From assembly GCF_001194135.2 (NCBI RefSeq), contig NC_068988.1:5415306-5479305 (forward strand): a stretch of DNA of 64,000 nt. The letters are read 5' to 3'. This DNA is from Octopus bimaculoides (lineage: Eukaryota). Position numbers and translations under genes: made by a program. Shown piece by piece: positions 12,354 to 24,741 of this stretch; position 1 is the first letter of the stretch, and the number at the start of each line of letters is the position of its first letter. The notes under the pieces are model-generated. The model ran no database searches and had not been told where the DNA came from. It saw only the letters and a list, made by a program, of their open reading frames with translations.

Positions 12354-13647
12354 TAAGAGGGTGGGCTGTAAAGCTTATAGGCTGACCATGAAGGTGTGAT
12401 GCTAGAGCTGTGAAATCTTGCCTGCATTAATTTCAGCTCATCTTATGAATAACTGCATTGTTTCTTTCCAGGTAAACTGACATCTGATTGTTCAAAGAAG
12501 ACTTGAAAGTAACTAGTAGTGACTTCTCTTGAAAAACAACATTTGATATTGTGGTGCTATCAAGTACCTGCAGGAAAAAAGGTTTAGACCCCAAGGACAT
12601 TTATCGTGACATGGTTGTTAGATTAGGGAATGATGCTCCATCTTTAGCAACAGTACAAAAGTGGGTAGTTGAATTTAGGAGGGAAAAGGCAAGTCTTGAA
12701 ATAATCTATGGTCTGAACATCCTACAACTGCCACCACCAAGGAAAATATTGAGCATTTCACCACAAACTGATAGATGTCAGGCAACTGACTATAAATAAA
12801 ATAACCAATGCTATTAGCATATCCCGTGAGAGAGTTGAGAATATTCTGCCCAATGAACTTGATATGATGAAAGTTTCTACTTGGTGGGTGTCATGTCTTC
12901 TGACATTTTATCAAAAGTGGACCAAGCTGATCACACCACTGGAAAATCTGACATTGTTTGAGGCAGATGCAGCTGGTTTCCTTGAACGTTCCCTAAGCCA
13001 GGATAAATATTGGATTCACCACTTTGAACCAGAGGCAAAGAGATAATCCATGCAAAGGAGATACCCCCTCCTCATCTGCTCCAAAAAAGTCATCGTCATT
13101 TCATCTGCAGGGAAGGTGAGGGCCTCAGTTTTAGTGGATGCAAATGGCTTTGTGTTTATAGACTATCTTCAAAAGGCCCACACCATTAATGGAGAATACT
13201 ATGCCACCTTGCTGAGGCAGTTACAAAAGGCTATCAAGACCAAAGGTCCAGGAAAACTGACAAAATGGATCTTGTTTCATCAGGACAATGCTCCAGCACA
13301 CAAGTTCTTGGTTTCAATGGCTGCTGTGCATGACTGTGGCTTTGAACTGGTTGACCACCCTCCCTATTCTCTGATTTGGCCCCATCTGACTATCATATGT
13401 TCCCCCAAAATGAAAATACACTTAGCTGAGAACGTGTATCGCAGTGATGATGACATCATATCTGTTGTTGATGAGTTTTTTTACCAACAGGATAAAAGCT
13501 TCTTCACCGGTGGGATCCAAGCATTGCAACACCAATGGAAGAAGTGTGTGTACCACAAGGGGGACCATGTTGAAAAACAATCCTCATTTGGTTAAACTTC
13601 ATGAGTATTTAGGCCAGCCTATGAACTTTTTAGCTGACCCTCATGTA
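12354..13647 (+). mobile_element. Full-length but inactivated mariner element (about 1.3 kb)
   Basis: Approximate TIRs (TAAGAGGGTGGGCTGTAAAGCTTATAGGCTGACC / GGCCAGCCTATGAACTTTTTAGCTGACCCTCATGTA); HTH, QDKYWIHHFEPE, HQDNAPAH and HPPYS motifs split by frameshifts. Confidence 0.88.
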
Positions 13648-15469
13648 TACATATAGATGTATGGATGCAAAACTTAAATGTGCAAGTACACTTGGTGACC
13701 TCACTAGTATTAGTGCTACAAAAAAAAAAAAAAAAGCACTCAGTGCATTCTGTGAAGTGGTTGGTATTAGTCATCCAGTCATAGAAACCACGCCAAGGCA
13801 GACATTCGAGCTCAATGCAGCCTTCTGACAGGTTGAATACTGTTGGAATATCCAATCCATTCCTGTATATAAAACACACATTAAATGATGATGATTTTTA
13901 CATTAATGTGGCTAATTACCACAGAACCAGAGAGAACATAACACTGCTGTGGATAAAAGCTAAAAATTTAGAAATGCTCAGAGTTGACTCCTTGCATGAT
14001 TAGCCAGATATTAATGTTAGCTAAACTGAAATATTTTCCCTAATAGCTATTTTTAAGCCTAGAGTGGTTAATTTTGATGTTTAACAAAATATTGAATATC
14101 ATACTAGGAAACTACTACTACACTCTCGGAGTGGTTGGCGTTAAGAAGGGCATCCAGTTGAGATCAGAGGTATATAGAGATGGCTATAGTGAGTGAGGCT
14201 AAAATGAGAGGGGAGACATTGATGGTGGATATGAGAGAGAATTGAACATAAGAGTAAATATGAAGTAAGGCAGACCTAAGATGTAGCTCAGAGGAGAGAG
14301 AGGGGTAACTGAAGGCACAGAAAGTGGGTAATCAGTGAAAAATAGTGTGAGATGAGATGATAAAGAGAATATTAATACTATTAATATATCACAGGATACT
14401 AAAACCACATACTACTAAATCAGTTTATTTTAGCACAAAAGCTTAAAGTAAAGGCATTGAATAAAAGGTTTCTACTTTGGATATTTATAGAGCAAATGTC
14501 CCAAAATTTTAACGTCCACTTTTCCATGCTTCCATAGGTCAGATGGAATTTATTGAGGCAAATTTTCTATGGCTAGATACTCTCCTTATCACCAACCCTC
14601 ACTTGTATCAAGTGACATGTTTTCACAGGAATTGGAAACAAAGGACAGCTCTTGTATGATGAAGACATTTGCAATTATTGGACAATGTCAAGAAAAGGTG
14701 ATGTAAACACACCCATATGCACATAAACACACACATGAGAGTTACTACCACAGTTGACTAAAGCTCCTTTCCCTAAGAGTGAAAGGCAGAGTGTATGATG
14801 CATGGTAGGGAGACACAGGCCTTGAATGCAAAGGATTTGAGAAAACTAGAAAGAAATGAACCAAGCATGCTCCATTAGATATGCAATGTGAGGGTGTATG
14901 AACAGATTAGTACAGAGATGCTGTAGTTGGAAGACTCAGGGAGACCCAGGAAGATATGGGATGAAACAGTAAAAGCTGACCTCAAGACCAAGCTTGACAG
15001 AAAGGTTGATGAAGAACTGAGATCTCTGGCAATATGAAGTTCTAAAAAGGACTCCTCCTCCTCCTCCTCCACAAAACTGAGTCCTGGAAGTGCTGTTTCA
15101 TGATCTCCCCTCCTATCATGTCTGCTTCTCACCCCCTTCCCACTCCACTCCTACAGACTACCCAACCAAGATGTCTTCTTCTCTTGTCCTCCCCTTTGGC
15201 AACTATATCTTACTATTCCTGCCACTTCCACCACCCACTCTTTTCTGCATCTCTCTATCTTCCCCACTTTATTGTTCTTATTCATCCACCCTTCAACCTA
15301 ACTCATTTGGCAGACCCCCACCCATCCCCCTTCCCATCCAACCTTGTACTTTGTGGGGCCACCAGGGCACTTCATTGCCATTGTCTATCTCTTGTAACTC
15401 CTACTAATCATTTTCCTTTTCTCTCTCTCTCACTTTCCCCTACAAGATGTGAGAAGCCATGTAGATCCC

Positions 15470-16330
15470 TCTAATAGAACCTGCTCTGCTACCCAATTCT
15501 AATAGTAATCTCCTTGTCCCCTAACATGAATCAGACCTCCAGGTTTCGTAGCCTTAATGCCAAGCAGCCAACCACTTTACAGAGTGTACTGGGTGCAGCA
15601 CTTATGAGTCCCCAAGATTAGGGATGCTCAGTTGGAGAGAGTTGCAGGCGATAAGCCTGTATTCAAGGGCAACCATGCATTTACCTAGCTTGATGTGTCT
15701 TTTCTCATCCTTTCTTACCACTTCTGGGTCTACCCCTTCCTCTACAATTTGAGATTGGCAACTCTTGATACAGTTGTGGCCATCTATACACATCACATGA
15801 CTGTATCAGCAGTCTTCTCTCTTGCATGCTACATCTGATGCTATGTATACTGTTTTTCTCTCAAATCATTTACCTCTGTTGTATATGCACACTAACATTA
15901 CCCATCCAGCAAAGCATACTAGCTTCATTTCTTTCAATTCTTCACATACCCTCAGTAGTCATAGCCAATGTCTCACTGCCATGTAGCACAGCTGTTTGTA
16001 CACAGGCACCATACAATCTGACTTTCACTCTGGGGGAGAGGTCCTTTGTTACTAACAGATATAGTAGTTCTCTGAAATTTACCTAGCCTATTCTTATCCT
16101 AGCAGCTATGCTTTTGGAACAACCACCCCCAACTACTAACTTGGTCACCTAAGTAACGGAAACTGTCTACTACTTCCAGGGATTCCCCTGGCATATGAGG
16201 GAGTCTATTTTTTGTACAATCCTGGTGTTTAATGTACCTGCACATCTGCCATATGTAAAGACTACCTCCTCTGTTAGTCATCCAGTAATACTACTGCACC
16301 TCTTATGTGTCCACCGCTTGAATTGGCTAC
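15470..16330 (-). mobile_element. RTE-clade LINE 3' fragment
   Basis: LEVVDSFRYLGDQVS and downstream RTE-type motifs; shared with other RTE relics in the window. Confidence 0.65.
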
Positions 16331-16760
16331 ACCTTATGTTCACTAACCAATCATTTTGGTTTATTTTTGAATTACAAAAATTTCTATAGATTCTCTTGTA
16401 GTGAAATATACTGATCTATTACCATATAATGATTTTAATATTGCAGTAATTTTTGTAATGTAATAGACCATTAATTAATTAGAAGGCAAAATTTATGTAA
16501 TTTTTAGAATTGTCCTAAATATTAGCAAAGACAGGTCTACTGATTTCAGTACCCAAGTGGTTAAAATAGCATATGAAAATGTATGCTGTATTTTCAAAAC
16601 AAAAGCTGGTAGAGCAAAACTAATCTCATATTTGGAATCAACAGCACAAATACACACCAAAATAGGTCTAACTTTCGAAAGTTTGATAGCATATGGCCAG
16701 TGTAATCAAGTTTCTTTCAACAAAGGTCTTTAACAAATATGTGAAAAATTATCAACAAAC

Positions 16761-16841
16761 CTGACTGGCTTCAGAGCCATTAGAACTAACTTCTTTAGTG
16801 AAGATTTTCATCTTTTCTTGATCCATATTCCACATAAGTAA
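16761..16841 (-). CDS. AMD1: AdoMetDC exon 8 (LLMWNMDQEKMKIFTKEVSSNGSEASQ); last exon found, gene continues beyond the window's left edge
   Basis: Preceded by branch site TTTTCCTTAAC and an AC acceptor; CAG|gtttgt donor; 81 nt. Aligns to [27 protein letters not shown]. Confidence 0.88.
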
Positions 16842-17630
16842 GTAAAAATGTTAAGGAAAAGTTGATAAGAAAAGTAATATTGAAATTTTTTTCCTGAATA
16901 AAGAAATGATGACATATTTTCTGAGAATTTTTTTCTTTTCATAACAAATACTAACTTGGTGTAGAGAACTGAATCAAAGACTCAACAACATTAACAGGTG
17001 AAAGAGAAGGAAAACATGTGATAGATGGAAAATGCTGAGATCTGATGATTGAATGTAGCCACAGCAAAAGTAAACTAAAAAGCTTAATGAGAGGTATGAT
17101 ATACTTGTAGAAAAGTCAAACAAAAGAGGCAAAGGGAGGAAGTTTGTGTACTACGACAACTGAATTCTGACATTTCAAGCTAGAATATACTTAGAGGTGG
17201 TTAGCAGCACAGCCAGGATGTATATTCATTAGGTATCTGCATCAAGTAGAAGTACAGTAATATTAATTATAAGATTTGGAATAAAAGATGCTTGATCATT
17301 TTGAACAAAAATATTGAATTGCTGAAGTTCAATATTTGGAGCAGAGTTTGCTCAGAATTGTTTGGCAGCTACATTTAGCATTGTTTATGTTATAATGTAA
17401 ATTGTATAAAATATTGTGGTTATTAGAACAATGTCTTCAAAAAAGTTTATCAGTGAAGTATGTAGGCGCAGGAGTGGCTGTGTGGTAAGTAGCTTGCTTA
17501 CCAACCACATGGTTCCAGGTTCAGTCCCACTGTGTGGCACCTTGGGCAAGTGTCTTCTACTATAGCCTCGGGCCGACCAAAACCTTGTGAGTGGATTTGG
17601 TAGACGGAAACTGAAAGAAGCCCGTCGTAC

Positions 17631-17667
<37 letters not shown>

Positions 17668-19363
17668 CATATATGTATGTGTATGTATGTGTGTCTGTGC
17701 TTGTCCCCCCACCATCGCTTGACAACCGATGCTGGTGTGTTTACGTCCCCGTAACTTAGCAGTTCGGCAAAAAGAGACCGATAGAATAAGTACTAGGCTT
17801 CCAAAGAATAAGTCCTGGGGTCGATTTTCTCGACTAGAGGCGGTGCTCCAGCATGGCCGCAGTCAAATGACTGAAACAAGTAAAAGAGTTCAGGTTAAGT
17901 TAGTAACATATACATTGTGGGTGAAGGTGGTTGTATCAGTATCTTACAAGTATTTCTATAATCTTATATACAAAATTTTAAAAATTGTCTTTTGTTTTTT
18001 TTTACATTGCCAACCTATTTTAAATAACAATAATATCACTGACTTTTTTTTTTTTTGCATTGAAATATCATCATCATCATTTAACATAAGTTATCCATGC
18101 TCGCATGAGTTGCACGGTGTGACCAGAGCTGGCAGGCTGCACCAGACTCCAGTCTGATGTAGCATAGTTTCTACAGCTGGATGCCCCTCCTAACATGCCA
18201 ACCACTTTACAGAGTATGCAGAGTGCTTTAACGTGGTACTGCAGGGATCTTTTACATGATGCCACACAGATGCTTTTACATGTCGCCATATGGAAGCTTT
18301 TACGTAGCATCACCACGAGTGCTTTACACCACCAGCAGGAATTGGTCTTAACATGTCTGCTGCAGAGTACAGGTCTTCTTGATTATAGCAAGGCACCAGG
18401 TATCTCAGTCTTTTGTCATCTCACCTGAAAGGTTCAGCTTCCTGAGGTCATCTTCAGTACTTCATCTCCTGTCTTCCTGGTCTCCCACTTCCATGTGTTC
18501 CACCCACTTTGGCAGATCAGCACGTTTTTATGGCGCTGTCGCTATCCATCCACATCACATGACCAAACTAATGCAGTCTTCCCTCTTGCACACAGCAACA
18601 AATTCCTCTTATGTCTCACTTCTCTCTCAGAGCACTGGCAATCTGCCAAAACCTGCACACTTACATTATACATCCAGTGAAGCAGACTAGGCCTCATTCC
18701 TTTGCATATCCTCTGCATTAATTCATTGGTTTTTGTGATGTTGATACTCAGACCAAACCAGCACTCCAATTTACAGTGAGGCTTTTCGTAACTGTATTGT
18801 TAAGACAACACTAACCTCTCCTTACTCTTTTAATTAAAACTAGTGGATTTATGGGGTTTTATGTGTTCTGCTTTTTGTAAAAGACTACATAGATTTTTAT
18901 TAACAATAATTTTAATTGTATGAAAGAATTTCTAATGTCTTCTGTATTTAGTTGTGATATATTTCAATATTTTGTGCTTAAAATAGGTATCTTATTTTAA
19001 GTCTGATGGTGTTTGCTGTGCATATTAGCAAGTAAAAGATAATATCAACATCCTGCTAAATGTTTCATTTGTTTATATTTCATAAGCTAGTAAAAAAAAC
19101 TAGTGGTGTCCAATATGTTTTACTCAAATTGAACGTTATTATTCAACCAGGATGCAAACTGCAGCATTTTATTTTTAAATCACTTTTTTGAAGATGCTAC
19201 AATGCCAAAAAAAAAAAAGTGAATATAAGCAAGGTAGAAATCAGTTAATTAACAGTTTACCATTTCAACAAGTGTATAAATAAAAAAAAAAAAACAATCA
19301 GTCAATTACCTACAACTTTCAAATAATATTTTTGATGATATTTGTCAATATAGTCAAGGATAT
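16842..19363 (-). other. AMD1: U12-type (minor spliceosome) AT-AC intron, AMD1 intron 7
   Basis: 5' ss ATATCCTTG (19363-19355), branch site TTTTCCTTAAC (16860-16850), terminal AC (16843-16842). Joining restores the frame and the conserved QTFE-LLM sequence. Confidence 0.9.
17462..17889 (+). mobile_element. tRNA-derived SINE, family B (internal TA/TG microsatellite)
   Basis: Head GTAGGCGCAGGAGTGGCTGTGTGGTAAG, GGTTCAGTCC B-box-like, GCACCTTGGGCAAGTG core; minus-strand copy at 62065-62480. Confidence 0.8.
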
Positions 19364-19418
19364 TTCAAATGTTTGATCAGGTTCTGAAATTTTTTCATCA
19401 TCCAATGTATAGAGATAC
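19364..19418 (-). CDS. AMD1: AdoMetDC exon 7 (YLYTLDDEKISEPDQTFE), ends at an AT-AC U12 donor
   Basis: ttttgtttag acceptor; YLYTL and PDQTxE motifs. Homology stops exactly at GAA|ATATCCTTG; 55 nt. Confidence 0.92.
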
Positions 19419-19855
19419 CTAAACAAAAACAAAAATTGAATGTAAAATTCAGAGAAACATTAATAACAAAGAAAATCTAATGAAGATTTCCAGCAAACAT
19501 TCCAAAGATAAAACAGGATAAAAAAAATATTAAAAAAAACAATAATAAAAGAAAAATATTCAGGACTGCAAATGCTACTTTTTTGAAGAATTAATTTGAT
19601 TATTCATGAATTAATAAAATTAACAACTGTGGTTGTAGCTTTTGAATCCAATTCCTCATACTGCAACAGTACAGGTCTCAAGAGGAGAGCCAACGATTCC
19701 ATCATTTTCAACTGCAGAAACAACCAAACAGCTTCATTCAATGAACTCAACCAAAGAGAAACTTAAGCAATTGCAATGACTGAACTTCTAAGGCACCACA
19801 TCCACCTTAAATTTGATTTGAAAAATTTTTTGTTTGTTTAGTACCAGAGCCAGAG

Positions 19856-20237
19856 GCACAATGGCCCAGTGGTTAGGGCAGCGGATTCGCGGTCATAGGA
19901 TCGCGGTTTCGATTCCCAGACCGGGCGTTGTGAGTGTTTATTGAGCGAAAACACCTAAAGCTCCACGAGGCTCCGGCAGGGGATGGTGGCGAACCCTGCT
20001 GTACTCTTTCACCAGAACTTTCTCTCACTCTTACTTCCTGTTTCTGTTGTGCCTGTAATTCAAAAGGTCAGCCTTGTCACACTGTGTCACGCTGAATATC
20101 CCCGAGAGCTACATTAAGGGTACACGTGTCTGTGGAGTGCTCAGCCACTTGCACGTTAATTTCACAAGCAGGCTGTTCCGTTGAACGGATCAACTGGAAC
20201 CCTCGACGTCGTAAGTGACGGAGTGCCAACAAACAAG
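19856..20237 (+). mobile_element. tRNA-derived SINE, family A
   Basis: Same sequence as 9082-9463; 13-bp TSD ACCAGAGCCAGAG at 19843-19855 and 20238-20250. Confidence 0.85.
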
Positions 20238-21119
20238 ACCAGAGCCAGAGAACTTTATTGAGGAAATCCCAACTATGTCCAGCCAGTAGCATCTGGTTTC
20301 CTCCACTAGTTCCTGCTCCTTATCTGTAAGTGTTATCACATTCTAGTTATCAACGGTTAGGATTTGTTCCCTTCTAGACCCTTTTTGAGGTCTCAAGATA
20401 TGTAAACTTTGTGCATTGATTTCACACTTCCCAGGACAGGTTGCAAGCCCATCCCCAATTTTCACAGCATTGGATAGAGACTGCAATATACTTTATGGAC
20501 TGACCCCTCCACCTAATGCCTGAACATGTCTCTTGTTACCCTGTTTAAACGACAATCTTGTATGAACACTTTTATTGCCTCTATACTAAATGATGATGAT
20601 GATATTGCAATTTTTAAGGACTTATTTGTGTCATTTACAAATTTGGTAATTTTCTCAAATCAACAAAAGCAAGGCTTTATTTTGAGGTGGCCGTTACTCA
20701 CCATGTCATAACTACATCACTAAGTTGTGAAAGTTTTCTTGAGAAATAACAAAGTCACCCAATGCTCCATTTCCCCTAACAGATTACTGTTGATACAGGG
20801 TTGCTTATTTGTCCAGTAAGTGCCTGCTAATCTCATAATTAACCATTGTTTCTGGTGGCCAGATCGCTAGCCATCATCTGTGACCTGTCTCTAACAATGC
20901 AGCTCTACAGAGAATTATTTTAAAAATGAAAGCAGAAATTTGAAAAAATAATAAACAAAGTAAAATTTGGATTGGAACAGACTGAAAATGAAGAATCAAG
21001 ACAGAAATATCCTAACTTCAGAAGACAGAAGGTATGTAGAACTTTGCAAACCAATGTCTGTAATAACAGAAACAAAAAAATTAATTATTTGGTTATAATT
21101 GTATTTGTAATGTACTTAC

Positions 21120-21162
21120 CAACAATCTTTGTTTATTCTTCCTAAAGTGTAGGCAACACCAT
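21120..21162 (-). CDS. AMD1: AdoMetDC exon 6 (GVAYTLGRINKDC-W)
   Basis: tttgcattcag acceptor, TG|gtaagt donor, 43 nt; homologous to GAAYCMGRMNSDCW. Confidence 0.94.
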
Positions 21163-22097
21163 CTGAATGCAAAGACAAAAATATAATAAACATGAGGAAA
21201 GACCTTAAGTAACGTAAGAAAACATTGTTTCTCCACAAATAGCAATAGTATGAAAATAACAAGAATAGAACACAACTCTCGTCATCATTGTTTAACATCT
21301 GTTTTCCATTCTGACATGGGTTGGACGATTTAACTGGGGACTGGCAAGCCAGGAGGCCGCACCAGGCCCCAATCTGATCTGGCAATGTTTCTACAGCTGG
21401 ATGCCCTTCCTAACACCAACCACTCTGAGAGTGTAGTGGGTGCTTTTATGTGCCACTGGCATGGGAGCCACCCAGGCAGCACTGGCATCGGTCATGTCCA
21501 GATGGTGCTTATAGCATGCTACCAGCACTGGTATTGGTCACAACTACAATTTCCATTTGATTGTGATTTGATTTTGATTTACTTGACTCAACAGGCCTCC
21601 TCAAGCACAGCATGTCACCTGACGATTCAAAGGTACTTTTAAATGGGCTGGTTATGTGACACTGGTGTAAGCTACAGCTGTGAGTTTACTTTCCTTGCCA
21701 GGTCTCCACAGTCACAGCATATCTCCAGAGGTCTTGGTCTTTTGTCATTGCCTCTGTGAGGCCCAACATTCGAAGGTCATTTCAATTCGTTTAAATTGTA
21801 TTTTAAACGAAAGATTTGTTAAGATAAGCTTTGCATTTAATATTTCTGTTAGTTTATATTTTAATAAACACAAAGTTAATAATGTCAAGTTTATAATTTT
21901 CGGTAAGATAAGTTTTACATTTATTTTTAATAATAACGGAACAAAGCTTTGTTGTGTTAAGTCCTGGTTGCCACAGATATAGATTATTTGATAATAATAA
22001 GAGTATGCTAAAAACAGTTTACAAGAAAGTAACAATACAAACAAAACAAACCACTCACAAATACAGTACACACACACCCGGAAACTACATAAACCAT

Positions 22098-22253
22098 AGT
22101 GGTTGGCGTTAGGAAGGGCATCCAGCTGTAGAAACTCTGCCAAATCAGACTGGAGCCTGGTGTTGCCATCCGGTTTCACCAGTCCTCAGTCAAATCGTCC
22201 AACCCATGCTAGCATGGAAAGCGGACGTTAAACGATGATGATGATGATGATGA
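22098..22253 (+). mobile_element. RTE LINE/SINE 3' tail ending in (GAT)n
   Basis: GTTGGCGTTAGGAAGGGCATCCAGCTGTAGAAAC...GGACGTTAAACGATGATG. Opposite-orientation copies at about 2940, 4860, 11470, 18068, 21280, 25880, 32970 and 58803. Confidence 0.75.
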
Positions 22254-22706
22254 TATACACACACAAATGCATACTCAGTACCAACATGCACACACATACA
22301 CACCACCACCAGGACAATTATAACACAAACACTCAAGAGACACACACACACATAACATCCCCACCAACACAAAAAACACATATATACACATGCACACACA
22401 CACACACATGCGAAAAAACACGTACACACACACAACACTCTGACAAATACCAATCACACACATTTTCTTGAAAGGAACTTGGGCCCTTTGCCTCAGTGAG
22501 GCCTAACACTCAAAAAGAACTTGGCTGCTTTGCCTCTGTGAAGCCCAATGCTCCAACAGTGCTCTTTATGTGCTACCAGCATAGATACCGGTTACATGAC
22601 ACCAAGATCAGCCACGACTAAGATTTCACTTGGCAGTTGTCTGTCTTGCATACCACACCTGATGCTTCTTATGCCTAACTTTTCTCTCAAGATGCATACA
22701 TACATT

Positions 22707-22740
<34 letters not shown>

Positions 22741-22946
22741 CTGTTGCATGTCTTTATGGTGGATGCTGATGAGGTGTGTAGACAATATCATGTATAGGTA
22801 GAGGCTTGTTTTTGGTCAACATGTCCTGTTGGGTTTCTGGTCAACACTGACCCTAGCATGTGTGCATGCAACTGCTTTTACACCTGGTGTAGCTTTGGGA
22901 TCAATTTGTAGAGGACATTTGTTAAATTATCTAAAATATTACTTAC

Positions 22947-22974
22947 TACCAAATAATTCATCCAAATGACTGAC
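22947..22974 (-). CDS. AMD1: AdoMetDC exon 5, 28-nt microexon (VSHLDELFG-N)
   Basis: tttttctgttatag acceptor, GTA|gtaagt donor. The only candidate found that bridges phase 0 (exon 4) to phase 1 (exon 6); matches the human segment IEFLNAIFPN as recalled. Confidence 0.88.
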
Positions 22975-24182
22975 CTATAACAGAAAAAGAAACAATATAT
23001 TAACCACATTGATTTGTTTTTATAGATTTATTGTAATCAACAAACTTCAATTTGTTAGCTTAGTCTTACAAAATATGACAGTGACATTTGTCTAAACATC
23101 TCCTCTAACTCTCTTATGAAACTGCCCAACCCATACCAGCAAAGAAGACAGATGTTAAATGATGATGACAAGATGTTAAATGTTGATGATAAAAACTAAA
23201 ACACAGTATTTTTTTAAATCACAAAATTAAAATTGTCAATAACCACAGTATCACAGTCAACTTTAGACATGTATTGACATAATAAAAATACATGCCAATA
23301 TATTACTTACAAAAAGTATTGCATAAAAACTTGCTGTAAGTTGTTTATGTTAAACAAGCAAAACAAACAGTTGTACATATATTCAGCTTCTAGGCAACAC
23401 CATGCATCTCTACAAGTACATTTATTAATTCAGCCAACTTACGTAGAGTTCTACAGACTAACTTCCAGAAATAATTTTGACCCTAATTTAGTTTTCATCT
23501 TAACACTTTCCATAGGGGCATATCCCAACAGATTCATTATCCGATCCTTAATTATCTTCGTTTAGAAATTCATATTCTTCAAAAGAAGATAAAATAACAT
23601 GTAATAATAATGACCGGTTACCCACTATTCTAAACTTTGACCGCGTGTGCTAATTCAAAGAAAACACAGAAATAGTTTTCTACTGACTTCTTTAGGGTCT
23701 AGGAAGAGATTTAAGCTAAGCACTGCAAACTAACAAAACAGTTTGATGGATTAAGCCATCAAAAATGAGATGGCTTTACCAGCAACACAATGTCGATGAT
23801 TGAAAACAAAATGCCAACCAAATAGATTGTAAGCTGACATTCTACTTACTATTCCAAAATTAGACTATATAATAACATTTATACACAGTATTCTCAGAAA
23901 TAACACATTCTTTTGATATTTATTTCGCTAAGGGGGTGAGCTGGCAGAATCATTAGCATGCTGGGCAAAATGCTTAGCGGCATTTCATCTGTCTGAGTTC
24001 AAATTCCATCGAGGTCAACTTTACCTTGCATTCTTTCAGGTTTGCTAAAATAAGTACCAGTCAAACACAGGAGTCAATGTAATCGACTTTTCTCCTCTTC
24101 CAAAATTTGAAATCAGTATTTATTTAGCTAAAATCATTAGTTTTCCCAAAAAATTTACGATTAAATGAAATAATCTAATTAC

Positions 24183-24257
24183 CTCATCTTCAAAGCGTTG
24201 ATGAATTTCATGTTGTTTTTCTGGCTGTCTAAATTTCTTTCGAGAATAAAATACATC
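24183..24257 (-). CDS. AMD1: AdoMetDC exon 4 (DVFYSRKKFRQPEKQHEIHQRFEDE)
   Basis: ttttttacag acceptor, GAG|gtaatt donor, 75 nt; FYSRKxF motif of AdoMetDC. Confidence 0.94.
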
Positions 24258-24741
24258 CTGTAAAAAAAATTGTCAAGAATTTAATCAACCAAGTTTAGTA
24301 TTAGTATTCTAATCCTGACCTTGTCTATTTATATTTGCTGCCACTACAGTTGCTATGCCAGCTGTAGAAAATATTTTATGCAAACAAGTGATATAGGAAT
24401 CATAAATACAAGTGAACAAATATGAAAATTATTAATAAATATAAATGGCTCAATCAGAAAAACTTCATCAAAATAGCTACTAGACAGGTCATTGCAAATA
24501 TAAATCATTGAACATCAATAATGTAGAAAAGTGTCCAAAACTTTGATATAAAACCGACTTTTTTTGCTGAGTGCAACAAACCTCACAACATTTGGAATAA
24601 TTAGTGAATTATTTTATTATCTTGATTTTAAATTGAATCAGCAGCAAAATGTGTTTTGTAAAGAGCAAAAAGCAAAAATTTTAATATAAACCAAAAGGAA
24701 TTAGGAATATTTTTAAAAAGCAGAGAAATGAAAATACTCAC

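Noticed and set aside
13050-13595. 181-aa ORF resembling the SETMAR transposase domain
   Set aside because: Part of a TIR-bounded mariner with frameshifts and no SET domain; not a domesticated gene.
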